From: Thermoanaerobaculia bacterium | Lineage (GTDB): Bacteria > Acidobacteriota > Thermoanaerobaculia > Multivoradales > J023 | Reading direction: 5' to 3' | DNA length: 64,000 nt | NCBI GenBank assembly: GCA_036397835.1 | Contig: DASWIG010000794.1 | Coordinates: forward strand, 9,698 to 73,697 | Shown: positions 38,001 to 45,503 of the stretch, piece by piece | How positions within the stretch are numbered: position 1 is the first letter of the stretch | Layout: each line of letters starts with the position of its first letter | Translations under genes and position numbers: made by a program | The notes under the pieces: model-generated | What the model was told of the DNA's origin: nothing | Database searches by the model: none | What the model saw: the letters and a program-made list of their open reading frames with translations, nothing else

Positions 38001-41000
38001 AGACCTGCACGCCGCTGACCTCCCGGTGATCCAGATCCCGCCAAAGCTGCGTCTGGAGTCGCCGCGCCCGGTCGGCGAAGGAGCTGCTCGCCGAGGCGTC
38101 CACATCGAGCAAGGTCAGCGAGGTGAAGTCGCCGATCAACTCTTCGACCTGGGGGTGCAGGGGGAGGCGATTGAAGAGCGTCAGATTGAGAGTGAAGCGA
38201 GGGATCTTGCTCCACCAGGCGAGTACCGCGGCATAGGCGGCCAGCGGCACGGTCGTGGCGGCCAGGCCGGCGCGTCCGGAGCGCTCTTTCAAGCGCGCCC
38301 AAAGTTCCGCGTCGAGGGAGCCCTGCCGGCGATGGAAGCGGGGGTTTCGTACCATCGACGGGTCGCGCGCGAGGGGCAGCTCGGGCGCAGGCGGAAGGTC
38401 GTCGAGGCGGTCCCGCCAATAGCGGAGCGAGCGCCGATACCGTTCCGAGCCGCGCAGGCTCAATTCCGCCAGGACGTAGTCACGGAAGGAGGGCCCGAGC
38501 GCGGGGAGCTCCGCCGTGGGATGGGTGTAGAGCTCGGCCAGATCGCGACCCAGGACATACAGGCTCCAGGCGTCGCCGATCAGCAAGTCGAAGCTCAGAT
38601 GGAGCCGATGGCGGCCGCCGTCGAACCGGGAGACCCGGAGGTCGAACAGCGGCCAACGGTCGCTCGGCAGCACCTGATGGGACATCCGCTCGCGGATCGC
38701 ATCCAGCTCGGCGGCGAGCGCTTTGGAGCTCTTGCCCGCGAAATCCACCACCTCGATGTCGTACGGCGGCACCGTCGGCAAGATCCGCTGCCGGCCTTCG
38801 ACTTCGACCACGGCCCGCAGCATGTCGTGGCGCTCGATCAGGCGCCGCCAGGCCGAGGTCAGCCGGTCCATATCCAGGCCCTCACCATCGACCTCCAGAT
38901 AGATGTGAGTCGAGACGGAGCCCAGCTCGAAGTCGCCGCTGCGCCCTACCCAGTAGGCTTGTTGAATGTCGGTGAGCGGGAACGGAAGAAAGCGTTCCTC
39001 CGGAGCCGGCGTCAGGACCGGGAGCTCGACCCCTTCCACGGCGTCCGCGGCCGGACGCCGTTGCTCCAGCGCAGCTGCCTGTCCCGCCACGGTGGGGTTC
39101 GCGAACAGTGATTCCAGGGGAAGATCCACTCCCAGGGCACCCCGCAACCGGGTGGCCAGTCGGATGGCCTGGAGCGAGTCGCCGCCAAGCTCGAAGAAGT
39201 TGTCGTGGACACCCACCGCCTCGGCGCCGAGGACTTGACACCAGTAAGAGGCCAGTCGCTCCTCCATCGGGTCGCGGGGGGCCACAAAGGCCGGTTCCTC
39301 GCCTCGGACGACTTCCGGCGGCTCCAACGCCCGACGATCCACTCGTCCGCCGGCGGTTCGCGGCAGCTCCTCCAGCGCCACGAAAGCCGCGGGCAACATG
39401 AACTCGGGGAGCGTGGCGGCCAGGAAGGCCCGCAGCTCGTCGTCGGAGGGTAAGGCCGGCTGCTGGGCAGGGACCAGGTATGCGACCAGGCGCACCGACC
39501 CCGGGCGCCGCTCGCCGGTCACTGCTCGGCAGCCCGCCACCGCCGCTTCCCGCACAGCAGGGTGCTCGCATAAGGCCGCTTCGACTCGTCCCAGCTCAAC
39601 TCGGAAGCCGCGGATCTCGACCTGCTCATCCAGGCGGCCGAGCCACTCGAGGCGGCCGTCCGGGAGCAGGCGAGCCAGCTCTCCGGTCCCAACCGACTCG
39701 CCGTCGCCGAGGCCGGTGACGTAACGCAGCTCCCCCGGGATTCCCAGGGGCACCGGAACGAGGTTCGAATCGACGAGAACCGCCCGCAGCTCGCTCCCGG
39801 CGAGCGCTGTCGGGGCCTCGCCCGCGACCAGTCGGACGGGGCTGGGCTCGACCAGCAACTGATGCCGCTCGGCCACCGTCAACATCTCGATGTCTGCGAG
39901 ACGCTGCCCCGGACTGGAGGCCAGACCAGCCATCAGGAGCAGGAAGTGACGCCCCAGACGGTCGAGGGTGGTGGAGTCATAGAGATCCGTGTTGTACTCC
40001 AGGAAGAAGCAAAAAGTGGTGCCGAGCGGGGCCATCATGCACATCAGGTCGTAGCGGGCCATCCCTTGCCGGCGGACAAAATGCTCGGGCACGAATTCTC
40101 CGTCGATCGGACCTCCGGCCCGGTAAAGGGCCTCCCAGGCGAAGGCGGTCTGAAAGAAGGGCTGTCGACTCGGCTCCCGAGGCACTTCCAGACGATCGAT
40201 CAGGAGTGAGAGGGGGTAGTCGCGATGCTCGATCGCCCCCGCCACCACCTCTTGCGTTCGCGCCAGGAGCTGCCGCACGGTGGGATTACCGGAGAGGTCC
40301 GCCCGCAGGGCGAGAAGGTTGACGAAATTGCCCACCACCCGTTCGAACTCGGGCCGGCGCCCCCCCAGGGGAGATCCCACCACGAAGTCTTCCTGCCCCG
40401 TGTAGCGGCACAACAAAGTCTGGTACGCCGCCAGGGTGACCATGAAGAAGGTCACCCCTTCAGACCGTGCCAGATCCAGGAGCTGCTGGCGCAACGGCTC
40501 ACTCACCTCGAAGCTGCGCAGGGCCCCGCGAAAGGTCTGTGCCGGCGGTCGTGGCCGATCGGTGGGCAGGTGGAGCGCTGGCGGGGCACCGCCGAGCTGT
40601 CGGCGCCAATAGGCCCAGTGCCCTTCACCCTCCTCGCCCTGGAGCTTCCCGGCCTGCCAGCGGACAAAATCGATGTACCGGACCGCCAGGGAAGGCAGGG
40701 AGGCTCGCCCGCCGAGCCTCTCCGCCTTGTAAAGCTCGCGCAACTCTTCGCTGAGAATCGCCGAGGAGACATCGTCAATGGCGATGTGATGGGCCACGAT
40801 CAGAAAAGTGTGATTCTCTGCCGATCGCGTGCAGAGCTGCATCCGGATCGCGGGCCCGCGCTCGAGATCGAAGGGCCGGTGGACTTCCGTCGAGAGGGCC
40901 GCATTCAGCTTGTCCGGGCTCCACGCGGAAGCATCCACCACTTCGAAAGCGACCTCCATGTAGGTCTGGACTCGCTGCACGGGTTCGTCCCTTTCCAAGG

Positions 41001-41277
41001 CGAAGGTGGTGCGCAACGCGGCGTGGCGATCGACCAAAGCCTGGAGGGCGCGGCGCAGCGCCGGCACGTCTATCGGGGAGCGGACCTGCCAGCACAGGAT
41101 CTCGTTGTAGGCCGTGTTGTGCGGCGTCATCCAGTGTTGGACCCACAGCTCCCGTTGGCCATAAGAGAGGGGATGAGAGGTGGGGATGGTGCCGAGCTTC
41201 TCACGCAGCAGCCGCGCGAGGTGCGCCCGCTTCTCTGTGAGCGAGGGTTCGGTTGCCGGTGTTGATGGAGAGCGCAT
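35029..41277 (-). CDS. NRPS: C-(A-domain remnant)-T-Cy-A(Cys-type)-T-Ox (thiazole-forming)
   Basis: Track ORF of 2082 aa. Domains in order: C 'AHHIAIDDVS'; a short A remnant; T 'FFELGGDSLQA'; Cy 'FPLTDIQQAYWVGR' and 'SFDLLIGDAWS'; A 'LAYVIFTSGSTGLPKG'; T 'LFELGATSVD'; and a C-terminal nitroreductase-like Ox 'RRQSYREF..LLYPSAGSLYPVQ'. Confidence 0.95.
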   Translation of the reverse strand: MRSPSTPATEPSLTEKRAHLARLLREKLGTIPTSHPLSYGQRELWVQHWMTPHNTAYNEILCWQVRSPIDVPALRRALQALVDRHAALRTTFALERDEPVQRVQTYMEVAFEVVDASAWSPDKLNAALSTEVHRPFDLERGPAIRMQLCTRSAENHTFLIVAHHIAIDDVSSAILSEELRELYKAERLGGRASLPSLAVRYIDFVRWQAGKLQGEEGEGHWAYWRRQLGGAPPALHLPTDRPRPPAQTFRGALRSFEVSEPLRQQLLDLARSEGVTFFMVTLAAYQTLLCRYTGQEDFVVGSPLGGRRPEFERVVGNFVNLLALRADLSGNPTVRQLLARTQEVVAGAIEHRDYPLSLLIDRLEVPREPSRQPFFQTAFAWEALYRAGGPIDGEFVPEHFVRRQGMARYDLMCMMAPLGTTFCFFLEYNTDLYDSTTLDRLGRHFLLLMAGLASSPGQRLADIEMLTVAERHQLLVEPSPVRLVAGEAPTALAGSELRAVLVDSNLVPVPLGIPGELRYVTGLGDGESVGTGELARLLPDGRLEWLGRLDEQVEIRGFRVELGRVEAALCEHPAVREAAVAGCRAVTGERRPGSVRLVAYLVPAQQPALPSDDELRAFLAATLPEFMLPAAFVALEELPRTAGGRVDRRALEPPEVVRGEEPAFVAPRDPMEERLASYWCQVLGAEAVGVHDNFFELGGDSLQAIRLATRLRGALGVDLPLESLFANPTVAGQAAALEQRRPAADAVEGVELPVLTPAPEERFLPFPLTDIQQAYWVGRSGDFELGSVSTHIYLEVDGEGLDMDRLTSAWRRLIERHDMLRAVVEVEGRQRILPTVPPYDIEVVDFAGKSSKALAAELDAIRERMSHQVLPSDRWPLFDLRVSRFDGGRHRLHLSFDLLIGDAWSLYVLGRDLAELYTHPTAELPALGPSFRDYVLAELSLRGSERYRRSLRYWRDRLDDLPPAPELPLARDPSMVRNPRFHRRQGSLDAELWARLKERSGRAGLAATTVPLAAYAAVLAWWSKIPRFTLNLTLFNRLPLHPQVEELIGDFTSLTLLDVDASASSSFADRARRLQTQLWRDLDHREVSGVQVLRELTRASGSERAVTMPVVFTSALNLADADWELLPRAFQGKVSFAITQTPQVWLDMQVMEESGGLRLVLDAVDELFPAGLLDAMFGSFRELLERLAEPPVDGEDLWERRMASRLPAIQIARRSEANATEGPLPGAMLHELFLHQVSVRPDQAAVIAAGRVLTYRELEKRSRWLGHRLRTLGARPNTLVGVVMESGWQQIVAVLGVLTSGAAYLPVDPGLPRERRRLLLERGEVELVVTQPWLERELEWPPGIESIAVENEEPTGEPPSLPPIQGLEDLAYVIFTSGSTGLPKGVMIDHRGAVNTILDVNERFGVGPGDRVFAISSLSFDLSVWDVFGLLAAGGALVIPEPQAARDPAPWTRSITDNRVTVWNSVPALVNLLVEYIVEIRAQAPRSLRLVLMSGDWIPVNLPDRIRATFGEIEVISLGGATEASIWSILYPLGRVNPGWLSIPYGKPMVNQRFHVLNEALEPCPDWVPGHLFIAGIGLAKGYWRDEEKTAASFVAHAQTGERLYRTGDLGRYLPDGNIEFLGREDHQVKIQGYRVELGEVEAALGQHPGLLAAAVVALGEQRGQKRLVGYLVAEGSPAPSPADVREFLGQKLPRYMVPALFVYLDALPLTPNGKVDRKALPTPRPANLPEAEVPAVDTHIAGRLAAIVAEVLGVGGIDISANLFELGATSVDLIRMANRLNRDLGFRPRVAEFYQDPTIAAVVRSYDNELRHSGADPRTAPQESRQPSFELITDLGERHAFRRRLAGLRHGDEGRPSIALGAIGDDGLRRRYLRRQSYREFLHDPVGGIQLGKLLAHLRPIAVAGNYKLLYPSAGSLYPVQIYLHCKPGRVEGLPAGISYCHPYDHRLVVLAPGAELDRHLHHPANRPTFDRAAFSLFLIGRLSAVAPIYGELAKDFCLLEAGAIIQLLQDAAPSADLGLCPVGALSFESIRPLFDLEDGDLLLHSLLGGSIDRSQTASWTPLEEETSLPSPIVEREVIEI
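35080..35760 (-). other. FMN-dependent oxidase (Ox, nitroreductase/SagB-like) domain
   Basis: 'RRYLRRQSYREF' and 'YKLLYPSAGSLYPVQIYL' (about 35521-35560), as in the thiazoline oxidase domains of epothilone/bleomycin/myxothiazol-type NRPSs. Confidence 0.7.
36120..37600 (-). other. Adenylation domain, Cys-type (Cy-module type)
   Basis: 'SSLSFDLSVWDVFG', 'VWNSVPAL', 'LVLMSGDWIP' and 'ISLGGATEASIWS' match the pattern of Cys-activating A domains (DLYNLSLIWK-like). Position 239 is W rather than Y, so the assignment is tentative. Confidence 0.55.
37700..38990 (-). other. Heterocyclisation (Cy) domain
   Basis: The Cy1 motif is 'FPLTDIQQAYWVGR' (38941-39000). DxxxxD 'FDLLIGDAWS' (about 38566-38601) replaces HHxxxDG. 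Confidence 0.85.
39320..39850 (-). other. Adenylation-domain remnant (C-terminal subdomain only, about 175 aa; A1-A6 absent; A10 Lys->Arg)
   Basis: Between the C-A linker 'EMLTVAERHQLL' and T, only the following remains: 'VPVPLGIPGELRYVTGLGDG', 'GTGELARLLPDGRLEWLGRLDEQVEIRGFRVELGRVE' (A7/A8-like), 'LPEFMLPAAFV' (A9) and 'AGGRVDRRAL' (A10 with R in place of K). There is no TSGSTGxPKG core. Confidence 0.75.
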
Positions 41278-41296
41278 GTCTATAGCGGCGGATGAC

Positions 41297-43840
41297 TCAT
41301 TTCCTCTTGGCGGCGCGCAAGAGCGAATCCACCTCGTCCTCGGTCAGCTCGTCGATCCTCGAGAGCCATCGACGAGCTTCGGCTTCGTCGAGATCTGAGG
41401 CTTTCGTCGGGGGTTGCGCCGGACCGGGTGCCTCGACGCCGAGTCCATCGAGGATCAGGTCGGTGAGATCGACCACGCTGTGGCCCTTCAGGATCCTCAC
41501 GACGGGGACGTCGACCCCCAGCTCGGCCTGCAACCAGTTGGTCAGCGAAAGCGCCATCATGGAGTCGAGTCCCAGCTTGTTGAGCGGCTTGCGAACCTCC
41601 AGGTTCTGTGGCGACAGTCCTAAGGTCCCGGCCACTCGGCTGCGCAGGTGATCCTCCAGCAGCCGGCGGCGGTCGGCGCAGCCGGCGGTCAGAAGCCCGC
41701 GTCGCGACAGCCTGCCAGGGCCTTCGCCGCTTGCGCCGCGCGCCTCGACGAGCGGCCGGGCGACCAGCGGATGGAGCTCTTCGGACGGCCGCACCTCCTC
41801 CGGTTTCGCACGGCGCTGGCGGCGCTCGATAATCACGCCCCGCGCCTCCAGCACCAGCCGGCCGTCCTCGGAGAAGAGCAGTGAGTCCCCTTCCCACGGT
41901 CCTTCCGGCGACTCCGGTCGCAGACGGGCGTGGCACCAGCCGGCGGTCTCGGGTTCGCCATACAGCCGCACGCTACCCAGAGCGACGCCCAGGTAAGTGT
42001 CGTCCAAGTCGACGCTCCCGCCATCTTCCGGCAGAGCGGCCAGCAGGACTTGAAAGCAGGCGTCGAGGAAGCCGAGGCGCACGTGGACGTTGCTCGCGGG
42101 GCTCATTGCCTCCGCCGGGGAGAGAAGCCCCAAGGCTTCCCCTGCCCGCCGCCAGAGCTGCGTCACCCCCTTGAGCGAAGGGCCGTACTCGAGGCCCCGG
42201 CGCTCCATCGCCCGGTAGTGCTCCGCTGCGGAGACGGCCTCCTCGCATCGGGCCTTGACTTCGTCGCGGGCGAGGAGCTCCGGCTCCGACGGCGCCTCCC
42301 GTGAAGGCTCGGGGCGGAGCGTAGCGCTGGCATGGAGTGTCCAAGGTGCCGTAGGTCGCGACCGCTGGGTGGGGCTCAAGACCCGGAAGGAGCCCCAATC
42401 GGGCAAATCGGAGCGCAGCACGACCTGGACGGTCACCGCCCCGTCGTCGGGGAGGACAAGCGCTCTCTCCAGTTTCAGACCCTCGATCTGATGAGCTCCT
42501 GGCCCGAACGCCGCGGCCGCCGCCGAGAGCGCCATCTCGAGGATTGCGGAGGCTGGCAGCACCGCCATCCCCTGGATCCGCTGGTCGCCCAAGAAGGGGA
42601 GACGGCGAAGGTCGAGGTCTGTCTGCCAGAAGCAGGTGCTCGGCTCGACGGCCGACCTCAGCGATACACCCAGGAGCGGATGACCCGTCGCGCCGCGGCC
42701 GTCGGACGGCTCTCCGATTCCGCCGATCGTCGGCTGCGACTCGATCCAGAAGCTCTCGCGTTGCCAGGGATATGCCGGAAGGCGAACGCAGCGGCCTCCA
42801 TCGGGATGGATCTTCTGCCAATTCACCGGATAGCCGGCGGTGTAAAGCCCCGCCAGAGAGGCCAGCATCGCGGCGCGCTCTCCCTCCTGACGCTTGAGGG
42901 AACCGAATGCGACGGCCCCCCCGCCCCAATGCTGGAAGGTCGCTTCGAGCGAGCTCAAAACGATGGGATGGGGACTGATCTCGAGGAAAGTGTCGTATCC
43001 GCTGGCGAGCAGCCGCTGGACCGTCTCCGAGAAGAGCACCGGTGCCCGCAAGTTGCGCACCCAGTACTCGGCGCTGAGCTCCGCGCCGTCGATGGCATCG
43101 GCGGTGACGGTAGAATAGATCGGGACGGACGCAGAACGGGGCTGGAGCTCTTTGAGCTCGCGCAGCACGTCCTCGCGCAGCGGGTCCATCTGGGGACAGT
43201 GAGACGCATAATCCACCCTGATAGGCCGGCAGAAAACCTCCCGACTGTCGAGCTCTTCCAGGATCTTCGCCACCGCCTCCGGCTCGCCGGAGAGCACCGT
43301 CGACCGCGGGCTGGCGCTGACCGCCACCGAGACGCGATCCTCATAACCCGCCAGAGCGCTCCGGGCCTCTTCAGCCGAAAGCTCCACGGAGGCCATGGCC
43401 CCCCTTCCGCTGGCGGACTTCACCAAGCGGCTGCGGCGACAGATCAGGCGAGCTCCGTCCCCGATGGAGAGGGCGCCCGCCACCACTGCCGCCGCCACCT
43501 CCCCCAGGCTCTGACCGACGACTGCATCGGGTTCGACGCCCCACGACCGCCATAGGGCCGCCAGGGCCACCTCGATGGCGAGAATCGCGGGCTGGATCAC
43601 ATCGACCTGGTCGAGCCGGGAACGGCTTTGGTCGGCCGTGAGCTCATCGAGCAGCGACCACTCGACGTGGGGCTGCATCGCCCTCGCGGTGCGCTCGAGC
43701 GCTTCGCGAAAGGCGCTCTCGCTTTCCATGAGCTCGCACCCCATGCCGAGCCACTGGGATCCTTGCCCAGGGAATACGAAGACGAGCCGCGGCGGTTGAG
43801 ACGTCGAGACAAAGCCACCTCTGTTGACCTTGATGTGCAT
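41297..43840 (-). CDS. Polyketide synthase subunit AT-DH(inactive?)-ACP with C-terminal docking helix. It lacks its own KS.
   Basis: Track ORF of 847 aa. AT: 'FVFPGQGSQW', 'GQSLGE', 'VDYASHCPQM'. DH: 'HPLLG', 'LGDQRIQGMAVLPASA', 'LEYGPS', 'LDACFQ'. ACP: 'LGLDSMMAL'. Tail: '..IDELTEDEVDSLLRAAKRK'. Confidence 0.9.
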   Translation of the reverse strand: MHIKVNRGGFVSTSQPPRLVFVFPGQGSQWLGMGCELMESESAFREALERTARAMQPHVEWSLLDELTADQSRSRLDQVDVIQPAILAIEVALAALWRSWGVEPDAVVGQSLGEVAAAVVAGALSIGDGARLICRRSRLVKSASGRGAMASVELSAEEARSALAGYEDRVSVAVSASPRSTVLSGEPEAVAKILEELDSREVFCRPIRVDYASHCPQMDPLREDVLRELKELQPRSASVPIYSTVTADAIDGAELSAEYWVRNLRAPVLFSETVQRLLASGYDTFLEISPHPIVLSSLEATFQHWGGGAVAFGSLKRQEGERAAMLASLAGLYTAGYPVNWQKIHPDGGRCVRLPAYPWQRESFWIESQPTIGGIGEPSDGRGATGHPLLGVSLRSAVEPSTCFWQTDLDLRRLPFLGDQRIQGMAVLPASAILEMALSAAAAAFGPGAHQIEGLKLERALVLPDDGAVTVQVVLRSDLPDWGSFRVLSPTQRSRPTAPWTLHASATLRPEPSREAPSEPELLARDEVKARCEEAVSAAEHYRAMERRGLEYGPSLKGVTQLWRRAGEALGLLSPAEAMSPASNVHVRLGFLDACFQVLLAALPEDGGSVDLDDTYLGVALGSVRLYGEPETAGWCHARLRPESPEGPWEGDSLLFSEDGRLVLEARGVIIERRQRRAKPEEVRPSEELHPLVARPLVEARGASGEGPGRLSRRGLLTAGCADRRRLLEDHLRSRVAGTLGLSPQNLEVRKPLNKLGLDSMMALSLTNWLQAELGVDVPVVRILKGHSVVDLTDLILDGLGVEAPGPAQPPTKASDLDEAEARRWLSRIDELTEDEVDSLLRAAKRK
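41825..42690 (-). other. DH-like domain lacking the catalytic His (Gln codon at 42581-42583)
   Basis: The expected LxxDHxxxGxxxxP reads 'FLGDQRIQGMAVLP'. The YGP and DxxxQ motifs are retained. Confidence 0.65.
42840..43790 (-). other. Acyltransferase domain, YASH type (methylmalonyl-CoA-like specificity predicted)
   Basis: 'GQGSQW', active-site 'GQSLGE' (Gln where most ATs have His) and 'YASH'. YASH is the classical methylmalonyl indicator; HAFH indicates malonyl. Confidence 0.6.
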
Positions 43841-44485
43841 CTGGTCTTGAAACGGTCTGCGGGTGAGCGAGCCGCCTCATCCGCACGTTACCGAAAGCTC
43901 TCGACTATAGCTCTGAGTCACGGGCACCGCACGAACGCCACCCTCCCCCTACCGGTGGGCATCAAGAGCCCGTCTTGCCTTCAGCGTACCACGGGTAACA
44001 CACCGGATCAACTATCGCCGATGAGTGTACGTGCATGCCTCGCTGCGGCCAGCGGCGACTCGCGGCTAGCTTCGCTGAAGCCGACGACGCCTCAGCGAGA
44101 AATAGGCTTATTGCCATCTGACGATTGACGCGAAGCAGCGGTCGTGAGTGTTCGAGTATGCTGAGCAGCCAGAGATTGCTCCGCTCGCCAAAGATAGTTC
44201 CGCATGCCGACTGTCGTCATCGATGCGTTCACACGGCCAAGATCGAAACGCCGTTCGCCCGCAGAGCTGACGGAGAGGCCGGTCGAGGCGCGGTCTGACG
44301 GTCTTGGCGCGGTCTGGCCGTCCCATCGCGCAACCTGACTCTTGCCACCGTCTGCGGGTGTGCTGTAAACTCGCGGGCGTCGGAGGAGAGTGGCGTCTCG
44401 GCAACAGCAGCCGGCTCCGGTCGGTGCAGCAACGCCGGCGTCAGACCGTCGCGAGTCAACCCCAAGCCCTGGAGGAATCCCCACC

Positions 44486-45148
44486 ATGAAGGCAGTACGC
44501 ATCGTCACCCTCATCGTGCTCTATTCAGCCCTCATCCAGCCAGCCACGGCCGCGGCGGAGGATCGTTGGAACATCCGCCTCTATGGGGCCATTCTGTTTT
44601 TCGACGCTGGTCGGTCCGATGTCACGGAGTTCTTCGCCGCGGATATTACGAGCGGCTCGGAGCTCGGCGTCGGGGTCGGGGCCGAGTACCTGCTCACAAA
44701 GCGGTGGGGGGTGGAGGTCAACTTCCTTTTTTCCGCCGTAACTTTAGATTACAAGATCGAGTCGTTCCTTCCTCCCGAGATTCTGCCTTCCTATGAGACG
44801 GAATTCGATATCGATTACCGGCCGATCACGCTTGGTCTGAATTATCATCTCACGCCTTCTTCCCGAGTCGATTTCTATCTAGGCCTGATGTACGCCTATG
44901 TCGACTATGGAAGCGAGTTTATCCCGAACCCGATCGGCCCCCCCACGCCGGTGATCCTCAAAGACGACGACAGCGGCTGGGGAGCCCAGCTCGGCATCGA
45001 CGTGCCGCTCGGAGAACAGGGCCGCGGGCCGTGGATTCTTGCCGCCACCGTGAAGTTCCACTCCTCGACAGTACACGAGCTGACGGAGCCCGACATCAGG
45101 TCCAACGACCTCGAGCTGGTGACCGTCGGGATCGGTCGCCGATTCTAG
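44486..45148 (+). CDS. OmpW-like small outer-membrane beta-barrel protein
   Basis: Start reassigned to MKAVRIVTLIVLYSALIQPATAAAED (signal peptide), with SD GGAGGA 9 nt upstream. It shows an alternating beta-strand pattern and a C-terminal '..VTVGIGRRF' beta-signal ending in Phe. Confidence 0.65.
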   Translation: MKAVRIVTLIVLYSALIQPATAAAEDRWNIRLYGAILFFDAGRSDVTEFFAADITSGSELGVGVGAEYLLTKRWGVEVNFLFSAVTLDYKIESFLPPEILPSYETEFDIDYRPITLGLNYHLTPSSRVDFYLGLMYAYVDYGSEFIPNPIGPPTPVILKDDDSGWGAQLGIDVPLGEQGRGPWILAATVKFHSSTVHELTEPDIRSNDLELVTVGIGRRF

Positions 45149-45152
45149 CTCG

Positions 45153-45175
45153 CGCGAACCCGTCGGCGGGTCGCG
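45153..45175 (+). terminator. GC-rich hairpin just after the OMP stop (possible terminator, no U-tract)
   Basis: cgcga-a-cccg tcgg cggg tcgcg forms a 9-bp stem with one bulge and a 4-nt loop, starting 5 nt after the TAG. Confidence 0.3.
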
Positions 45176-45260
45176 ACTCCCCGCCAGGCCGGCTTCCGCC
45201 GATCTCGGGTGCTGGCCGGACACCGCCGGTGTCGACGCCGCGGCGCAGGCACGCGATCCC

Positions 45261-45290
45261 TTGACAGTCACGTCCGCTGTCCATTACACT
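45261..45290 (+). promoter_or_regulatory. Sigma70-like promoter candidate for the permease gene
   Basis: Perfect TTGACA (45261-45266), an 18-nt spacer, then TACACT (45285-45290), about 210 nt upstream of the ATG at 45504. Confidence 0.35.
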
Positions 45291-45503
45291 GCGGACTTCT
45301 GACGACCCTGGACATCAGACGGGAGGACTTTTGGAATGGCGCCGACGGCTCGGGAGCGAAGCTCCCATAGGCACCATCAGCGGGGAAAGACGGATGCCTG
45401 ACGGGCATGGCGATGACCGAATAGCAGGGTGGCCGCAACGTGCGTGCCAACGGGATGGCGTCACCGCCTTCACATGGCAAGATCACTGAAACGAGGAGAA
45501 TCG

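Noticed and set aside
39768-39782. tRNA T-loop-like string ggttcgaatc
   Set aside because: It lies within NRPS coding sequence, and no acceptor or anticodon arms can be drawn around it.
43841-44485. 645-bp intergenic region scanned for tRNA, small RNA, IS ends or a degenerate gene
   Set aside because: There is only a weak -10-like TATAGT (minus strand, about 43904-43909). There are no convincing inverted repeats, RNA-gene structure or coding phase. The minus-strand ORFs there (44092-44514 and others) lack G/C3 bias.
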